A stretch of DNA of 31,337 nucleotides from Myxococcota bacterium (GTDB lineage Bacteria; Myxococcota; XYA12-FULL-58-9; JALHOP01). The position numbers and the translations under genes are program-made. Below are positions 26,025 through 31,337 of this stretch, one piece after another. Numbering within the stretch: position 1 is the stretch's first letter; each line of letters starts with the position of its first letter. The stretch is from contig JBGGMJ010000095.1 in NCBI GenBank assembly GCA_041288095.1, forward strand, positions 1 to 31,337, read 5' to 3'. The notes under the pieces are model-generated. The model saw nothing but the letters and a program-made list of their open reading frames with translations, made no database searches and was not told the DNA's origin.

Positions 26025-28714
26025 GCCGCTGCGTCTTGGTGGCCGAGAGTGATCCGACCGAGCTGGAGCTGATCGCGACGGTCTTGGCGCGCGACGGCTT
26101 CCGCGTGTTGCAGGCGCTCGAGCGCGATCAGGCGACGACCTTGTTCGCGGGCGAAGAAGTGTCGCTGGTGATCGCGGCGTCGGATGTGTCGGGGCGGGGC
26201 GGTGGCGCGGCTTTGTGCGCCGAGGTGAAGAAGCAAAAGCCCTCGACGCGTGTCATCATCTTGCATCCGTCGGGGAACGATCCCGATGCCCGCACGGTTC
26301 TGCTATCGCGGACGGGATGCGACGCGGTGTTGCCGTCGCCGTTCCGCTATGACGCGCTCAGACGACTCCTCGGCGACTGGGGTCTGGTGGCGCCGCCGAA
26401 GGCCGCGGTGCCGGTGATGTCGTTCGCGGTGCCGCCGCCGGATGTGGCGGATCTCGTGGCTCCGCCGTCGATGGAGATGTTGGTGCCGGAGCCGGAGCCG
26501 GAGGCGCCGGTGGTAGCGAGGGCCGAGGCGGGAGGACCGGTACCGATTCCGATACCGTTGGTGGTGCCGGTGCCGGAGGCGATTCATGATGAGCCGACGG
26601 TGGATCATCGGTCGCCGATGGCGGAGGAGGCGATTGCCGAGGAGGCGATTGCCGAGCAGCCGATTGCCGATGAGCCGATCGCCGAGCGGCCGATTGCCGA
26701 GACCCCACAGACTGCTCCCCAGGGCGACTGGCTTCTTGCCCATCCCACGGACGACGCCCCGCGCGACGGCTTTGCCGGCATCGACTTCGGCTCCAACATC
26801 GACAGCGCCCTGGACAGCGCCCTCGGCGAGACCCCGACCGCGCGTTACGAGGCCAACGAAGGTCTGCCCGATGACGCGGCGCGCTCCGTCGCCATGGCTG
26901 TTCAGGCCTATGTCGCCGACTCCACGGCCTTCGACGATGAGCTCGCGGCCCTGGGGCCGGCGCTCGACTCCGCGCCGGCGAGCGAGCCGCCGCCCGAGCT
27001 GCCTGCCGTCGAAGCCCATGCCGACGAGCCCGCGCCGGTGCTGCCGGCGGACGATACCGCGACCGTGGAGATCACGCCGGCGACCTGGGAGGTGAACGAG
27101 CCTGGCGCCGCGCACGGCGACAGCATTCGCCCCGCCGTCCTGGAAGCCTACCGCGACTCGACGCCCTCGAGCTGGGAGGTCGACGAACCGCAGTCGCTCG
27201 CGGCGCCGCTGTCCACGATTGCGGAGCAAGTCGCGACGGTCCAAGCGGAGGCCGAGCCGCCGCCAATCGAAGAGCCTGCACCGGTGCCGCTGGATGCCAT
27301 CGCCGTCGAGCCTCCTCCTCCTCCGCTCGAGGCGGTAACCGGGGTCAGTGAGTGGAAAGCCACCGGCGCATCGAGCTGGTCACCGAGCGCGGCCCCGCCC
27401 CCGCCTCCCGAGCCTACGCCCCCCGAGGCCCCGCCTGCCGAGCCTCCACCCCCACCCGCGGCCGCCATGGCTTCGCCGCCAGATCCCGCCGACCCCGTCG
27501 TCGAGCCACCGCCTCCGCCGCGTGAAGCCCTCGATGAGCCGCCGGCGCTCCCCTTCGAGGCCATCGTCCAGCGCAATCCCGTCGGCGCCGAACCGCGCAC
27601 GACGTTGCCGCCGAGCGTGCCCCCCGAAGGCGATCTCGCGACCACGCCGCTCCCGCGCCTCTTGTTCGAGCTCTACGGCGGCACCTACTGCGGGACCCTG
27701 CGTCTGAGCCGCAAGGGCGCCGACCGTATCATCGACGTGTGGAACGGGTTTCCCGTCGCCGTCACCGTGACGCCCGAGGAAGACGACGACGACGTCGCCA
27801 CCATCCTCCGCGATCACGGACGCATCACCGCCGAGCAGCACGCCGACGCCAAGCGCCGCGCCGGCACCCGCGCCGCTCAGCTGCTCGTCGCACTCGGAGT
27901 CATCGACGAAAGAGACCTCCTCGATTGCATCCGCGAGCAGACCGAGCTGCGCCTCGCCGCGTCTTTCTCCTGGCGCGACGGCACCTACAAGATCACGCCG
28001 TCACGCGCGCCGCCGGACAGTGTTGTCCTGTCCGAGATCCACCCGGTGAAGATCATCTGGCGCGGCGTCTGCGAGCACTACGACGTCGGGTCCTTGCTCG
28101 CCTTCTTCTCGCCGCTCAGAGCGCGTTTCATCGTCGCTACCGAGGTCTTCCCCATCCACTACGAAAGTCTTGGTCCGTTTTTGCGGAGTGTCGGGGTCGC
28201 GCACTTGCTCGACGGCAAGACCACCTTCGAGCAGGCGCTACGCAGCGACGATAGCCACGCCTTGACCATCGCGCACACGCTCTACGTGCTCATCGTCACC
28301 GAGATGATTCGGGCGCAATCGAAGCCGGGTGAGGCCGCCAAGTTCCCGGAAGCCGTGGGCCAGGCGCGGCAGTCGAAGCCGGTCGACTACCGCGACCTGA
28401 CGCGCGCCTGCGAAGAGGTCGCCCGCACGTATGTCGCGCTCAAGGGGCGCGACTACTTCGCGATGCTCGAGCTCGAGAGGCAGGCCACCGAAAAAGAGGT
28501 GCTGGCCGCATACGACCGGCTAGCGACCCCCTTCAAGGTCGATAATTTGCTGCCCGGTCTCCCTGACGACGTCCAGCGCCGTGCGCGCGAGATCGACAAT
28601 CTGCTGCGCCGCGCTCGCGATACCCTGAGCTCGCCCGAGGAGCGCCGGCGCTACGTCAATCGACTCGAAGAGAACGAGCCACCGCCCCCGCCCGCTGACG
28701 CTTTGGCATCGTAG
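26021..28714 (+). CDS. Atypical receiver domain, Pro/Glu-rich linker, DUF4388-like domain and degenerate DnaJ-like domain
   Basis: N-terminal CheY-like pattern, about 400 aa of low complexity, EGDLATTPLPRLLFELY...GTLRL...FSWRDGTY, and C-terminal DYFAMLEL...AYDRLA...LSSPEERRRY. The GTG overlaps the nadD stop. Confidence 0.82.
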   Translation: MSRCVLVAESDPTELELIATVLARDGFRVLQALERDQATTLFAGEEVSLVIAASDVSGRGGGAALCAEVKKQKPSTRVIILHPSGNDPDARTVLLSRTGCDAVLPSPFRYDALRRLLGDWGLVAPPKAAVPVMSFAVPPPDVADLVAPPSMEMLVPEPEPEAPVVARAEAGGPVPIPIPLVVPVPEAIHDEPTVDHRSPMAEEAIAEEAIAEQPIADEPIAERPIAETPQTAPQGDWLLAHPTDDAPRDGFAGIDFGSNIDSALDSALGETPTARYEANEGLPDDAARSVAMAVQAYVADSTAFDDELAALGPALDSAPASEPPPELPAVEAHADEPAPVLPADDTATVEITPATWEVNEPGAAHGDSIRPAVLEAYRDSTPSSWEVDEPQSLAAPLSTIAEQVATVQAEAEPPPIEEPAPVPLDAIAVEPPPPPLEAVTGVSEWKATGASSWSPSAAPPPPPEPTPPEAPPAEPPPPPAAAMASPPDPADPVVEPPPPPREALDEPPALPFEAIVQRNPVGAEPRTTLPPSVPPEGDLATTPLPRLLFELYGGTYCGTLRLSRKGADRIIDVWNGFPVAVTVTPEEDDDDVATILRDHGRITAEQHADAKRRAGTRAAQLLVALGVIDERDLLDCIREQTELRLAASFSWRDGTYKITPSRAPPDSVVLSEIHPVKIIWRGVCEHYDVGSLLAFFSPLRARFIVATEVFPIHYESLGPFLRSVGVAHLLDGKTTFEQALRSDDSHALTIAHTLYVLIVTEMIRAQSKPGEAAKFPEAVGQARQSKPVDYRDLTRACEEVARTYVALKGRDYFAMLELERQATEKEVLAAYDRLATPFKVDNLLPGLPDDVQRRAREIDNLLRRARDTLSSPEERRRYVNRLEENEPPPPPADALAS
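26624..26698 (+). repeat. Five 15-bp in-frame tandem repeats (EEAIA/EQPIA-type pentapeptide)
   Basis: gaggaggcgattgcc x2, gagcagccgattgcc, gatgagccgatcgcc, gagcggccgattgcc. Confidence 0.85.
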
Positions 28715-28737
28715 TCGGGTCGTCTGCTCGTTCTTGC

Positions 28738-28770
28738 GAGCAACTGCCAGGGTGTCAGCACCCGATAACC
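28738..28770 (+). promoter_or_regulatory. Candidate sigma28-like promoter GAGCAACTG-N14-CCCGATAACC
   Basis: Fully intergenic. CCGATAA ends 11 nt before the ATG at 28780, no Shine-Dalgarno is present, and it matches the motif at 15808-15839. Confidence 0.45.
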
Positions 28771-28779
28771 GGGCTCCCC

Positions 28780-29721
28780 ATGAAAGATCTACCTTCTCGC
28801 TTGGCTGCCCCCAGCCTGCTTCACGCGCGTGCATTTTCCCGCCCCGATTCCGCTCCCGGAAGGGGGGCGCGGCAAGTGCATCGTTCGAGCTCCGGGCCCA
28901 CGGCCGATAGCTACGCACCGGTCCGCCCCCACGCCTTCACCAAGGCGGCACCTCCCGCCAAAGCGGACAAGCGCGACATGGTCCTGGTCCCGACCTTTGC
29001 CGACGAGTTCGATGGGCCCGCGGGTACACCGCCGGACCCCAAGCGCTGGACCTACGACCTCGGCGGCGACGGTTGGGGCAACAACCAGCTCGAGTACAAC
29101 ACCAACCGCGTCGAGAACGTGGCGCTCGACGGCAAGGGCTGCCTCGCGATCACGGCGCGCCGCGAAACCTACAAGGGCAACGCGTACACCTCCGCGCGCA
29201 TCAAGACCGAGGGCCTGTTCACGACGCAGTTCGGCCGCGTCGAAGCGCGCATCAAGTTGCCACCGGGGCAGGGCATCTGGCCTGCCTTCTGGATGCTCGG
29301 TGACAACGCCGCCCAGGCGGGTTGGCCCGGCTGCGGTGAGATCGACATCATGGAGTACCGCGGCCAGTTTCCGCGCGACGCCCTCGGCACCATTCACGGC
29401 CCCGGCTACTCCGGCGCCGGTGGCATCTCGAAGACGCTGACCCTGGGCGAGGGCGGCTTCGACAAGGACTTCCATCTCTTCACCGTCGACTGGGAGCCGG
29501 GAAAGATCGTCTTCTCGATCGACGGCATGCCGTACCACACGCTCACCAGCGAGGCGGTCACCCCCTTGGGCCCCTGGGTCTTCGACGATCACCCGTTCTT
29601 CATCATCCTGAACGTCGCCGTCGGCGGTGGGTTCGTGGGCAATCCGGACGCGACGACGCCGTTCCCGGCGACCATGCTCGTCGACTACGTGCGGGTCTTC
29701 GAGAAGCGCCCCAAGCCGTAG
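28780..29721 (+). CDS. Glycoside hydrolase family 16 (beta-1,3-glucanase/laminarinase type) with an unstructured N-terminal leader
   Basis: FADEFDG, GWGNNQLEY, YTSARI, GIWPAFWMLG, catalytic EIDIME and VDYVRVF. Confidence 0.93.
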   Translation: MKDLPSRLAAPSLLHARAFSRPDSAPGRGARQVHRSSSGPTADSYAPVRPHAFTKAAPPAKADKRDMVLVPTFADEFDGPAGTPPDPKRWTYDLGGDGWGNNQLEYNTNRVENVALDGKGCLAITARRETYKGNAYTSARIKTEGLFTTQFGRVEARIKLPPGQGIWPAFWMLGDNAAQAGWPGCGEIDIMEYRGQFPRDALGTIHGPGYSGAGGISKTLTLGEGGFDKDFHLFTVDWEPGKIVFSIDGMPYHTLTSEAVTPLGPWVFDDHPFFIILNVAVGGGFVGNPDATTPFPATMLVDYVRVFEKRPKP

Positions 29722-30209
29722 CTGAGGGCACCGGCCGCGAACAAGCGGTGTCCGCGATTGTGGAGCATGATGCCGGTGTGCGGCGCGTTGCGCGGACCGA
29801 TGACGGCCGCGAGTCGCTCGCTGCCGGCCTGCGCGCGGCGTCCCTGTTCTTTGCAGCGGCGCGCCTCCTGGCTCTCGATGTGGTTGACGGCGCGATCGAG
29901 CGCCTCGGGTGACGCCTTGCCGATGTAGTCGTTGAAGTTGGGGATCTCCACGACGTCGCCAGGCTTGGGATAGCCACCGGACCGACCGGCCAGGAGCGCC
30001 TGCAGGTGCGAGGCGCCGCCCTCGTAGTGCCGGCCGGCGGGGTAGAGCGTCTTGAACAAGCTGGTCGCCGTATCGTGCTTGCCCATCACGAAGCGGATGC
30101 CGCCGTGGGCGAAGTGCTTGAGCACCTCGGCGCGGTCGGGCGGGGACACGGTCTTGGGGATTTCGGGGAGCTGAGTGGTGGTGTTGTTGTACGAGATTGG
30201 CGCTGCCAT
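29685..30209 (-). CDS. Small hypothetical protein with a possible degenerate LysM domain
   Basis: ATG at 30209 with GGAGG RBS. FVMGKHDTATSLFKTLY...PKPGDVVEIP follows the LysM pattern. Confidence 0.65.
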   Translation of the reverse strand: MAAPISYNNTTTQLPEIPKTVSPPDRAEVLKHFAHGGIRFVMGKHDTATSLFKTLYPAGRHYEGGASHLQALLAGRSGGYPKPGDVVEIPNFNDYIGKASPEALDRAVNHIESQEARRCKEQGRRAQAGSERLAAVIGPRNAPHTGIMLHNRGHRLFAAGALSYGLGRFSKTRT

Positions 30210-30232
30210 GGGTAACCTCCGCCCGCTTGTAG

Positions 30233-30249
30233 AGCAGGCGGTGTGCCAA
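30233..30249 (-). promoter_or_regulatory. Sigma54 (-24/-12) promoter TTGGCACACCGCCTGCT
   Basis: TGGCAC-N5-CTGCT with exact GG-N10-GC spacing, 23 nt upstream of the ATG at 30209. Confidence 0.7.
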
Positions 30250-30310
30250 CCGCGGGAGGCACGTATACGGCCTCGAAATGACGAATCTCGCCGTCCCTGA
30301 GCCTCGAGCC

Positions 30311-30334
30311 GCGACGCGCGTCGCAATCTGCGAC
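30311..30334. promoter_or_regulatory. Overlapping palindromes GCGACGCGCGTCGC and GTCGCA-N3-TGCGAC, candidate enhancer-binding-protein site
   Basis: Three alternating GCGAC/GTCGC half-sites about 60-85 bp upstream of the sigma54 -24 box. Confidence 0.4.
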
Positions 30335-30347
30335 ATCCGTGAAGCGC

Positions 30348-31184
30348 TCAGAACAGGAGGTTCATGACCACGGTCGAGAGGGCATTGAAGGCGGCCACGG
30401 CGACCGCGCCCCAAGCCGTGACTCGCCAGAACGTGCGATGCGTCGCCGCGACCAGGGTGAGCGTCGCTGGCGTTGGTTGCGCGACGAAGGCCTCGAGCGC
30501 CGGCACTTGCCGCCAAGCCAGGGTGCCGAGCGCGAGCTGCATGAGCACTCCGCCGACCAGCCACACTCGCGACTCGACGGCGGCGAGGCCCGTAGCGGCG
30601 AAGGGAGAGAACACCTGCGCTCCGACCTTGAGCAGGATGAGGGCGCCGCCGGCGGCCAGGCAGATGCGCACCATGTTGCGCCAACGCTCCGCCGCGGCGA
30701 GCAGGGCGTTGTCGCGTGGGAGTCCGGCGACGGCGGTGCCCAGGACCGGAATCATCCACAGACCGACACTCATCGCGACGTTCGCGAGCGCCGGAGCGCA
30801 CCAGAGTATTGCCGCCAGCAGCCAGAAATTCCCGAGCCGCCGCAAGGCCGTCGTGAGCTGCTCGACCGTCGTCGAGGGGCCGAGGCCAGCGAGCACCTGA
30901 CGCAGCCACAGCACCGCGCCGGCGCCGAGGAGGTTTCCGCCCACCGACACGCCCAGAAACAGGAACGTGATCGACATGGCGCCGCCCAGGTTACCGGTGA
31001 AGCCTCCGAAGGCGTACATGGTGGAGACGAGCCCGACGAGCGCCATGAAGCCGAGCATGAAAGCGACACCGAGCATCGGGGCGCGGGAGCGGGTGAAGTC
31101 CGCCAGCGCCGTGGCGACGTCGCCGGCGCCGAAGCCTGGCCCGATCTCGGAGCGTGGGGCCTCGTAGGGGTTGGTGTCGCTCAT
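30348..31184 (-). CDS. Multi-pass membrane protein with N-terminal NPYxAP motif and internal duplication (DUF5362-like)
   Basis: MSDTNPYEAP, about 6 hydrophobic segments, and two halves each ending W...L...FW. TATAGT lies upstream. Confidence 0.7.
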   Translation of the reverse strand: MSDTNPYEAPRSEIGPGFGAGDVATALADFTRSRAPMLGVAFMLGFMALVGLVSTMYAFGGFTGNLGGAMSITFLFLGVSVGGNLLGAGAVLWLRQVLAGLGPSTTVEQLTTALRRLGNFWLLAAILWCAPALANVAMSVGLWMIPVLGTAVAGLPRDNALLAAAERWRNMVRICLAAGGALILLKVGAQVFSPFAATGLAAVESRVWLVGGVLMQLALGTLAWRQVPALEAFVAQPTPATLTLVAATHRTFWRVTAWGAVAVAAFNALSTVVMNLLF

Positions 31185-31251
31185 GCGAGGCGTCGACTAT
31201 ACCCCCCTCGACTAGACAGTTGCGGCGCAAAAACGCTATCCGGCCGCACGG

Positions 31252-31337
31252 ATGTCGCGCCAGGTCTACATCGAAACCTACGGCTGCCAGATGAACGAGC
31301 TCGACTCCGAGCTCGTGCAGGGCCAGCTCGAGGCGCT
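31252..31337 (+). CDS. miaB: tRNA-2-methylthio-N6-dimethylallyladenosine synthase, 5' fragment
   Basis: Hand translation (not in the ORF track): MSRQVYIETYGCQMNELDSELVQGQLEA, carrying the MiaB signature TYGCQMN-x2-DS. Confidence 0.9.
   Translation, partial: MSRQVYIETYGCQMNELDSELVQGQLEA

Noticed and set aside
28789..30909. 706-aa minus-strand ORF
   Set aside because: An Arg/Ala/Gly-rich shadow frame crossing three better-supported genes, with no recognisable motifs.

Overview
High-GC, gene-dense bacterial window holding 27 coding regions, two of them cut by the window edges. The gene content suggests Myxococcota or a related deltaproteobacterium (inference): a TraB-like TSP3/OmpA protein, a lidless Hsp70, a receiver-DUF4388-J protein, a P450 and a bacterial topoisomerase VI pair. 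From left to right: surface-glycan genes (wecE/rffA, a membrane AlkP/sulfatase-fold protein, an NAD-dependent epimerase), the OmpA-TSP3 protein, P450 and SRPBCC, top6A/top6B, a divergent three-gene cluster (orphan, DUF3052-like, alpha/beta hydrolase), coaE, rbfA-truB, lnt, an FmdB zinc ribbon, a deiminase-fold enzyme, Hsp70 with a Cys-rich lipoprotein, nadD, the receiver/J-like protein, a GH16, a sigma54-preceded LysM-like gene, a membrane protein and the start of miaB. I saw no rRNA, tRNA, CRISPR array or mobile element. The most interesting signal is a dispersed set of genes encoding enzymes or orphans with non-Sec N-terminal leaders. Two of them share an upstream motif, GnGCAACnG-N13/14-CCCGATAACC, that resembles a sigma28 promoter, so they are a candidate effector regulon. 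All family calls come from motif recognition by eye; no searches were run.
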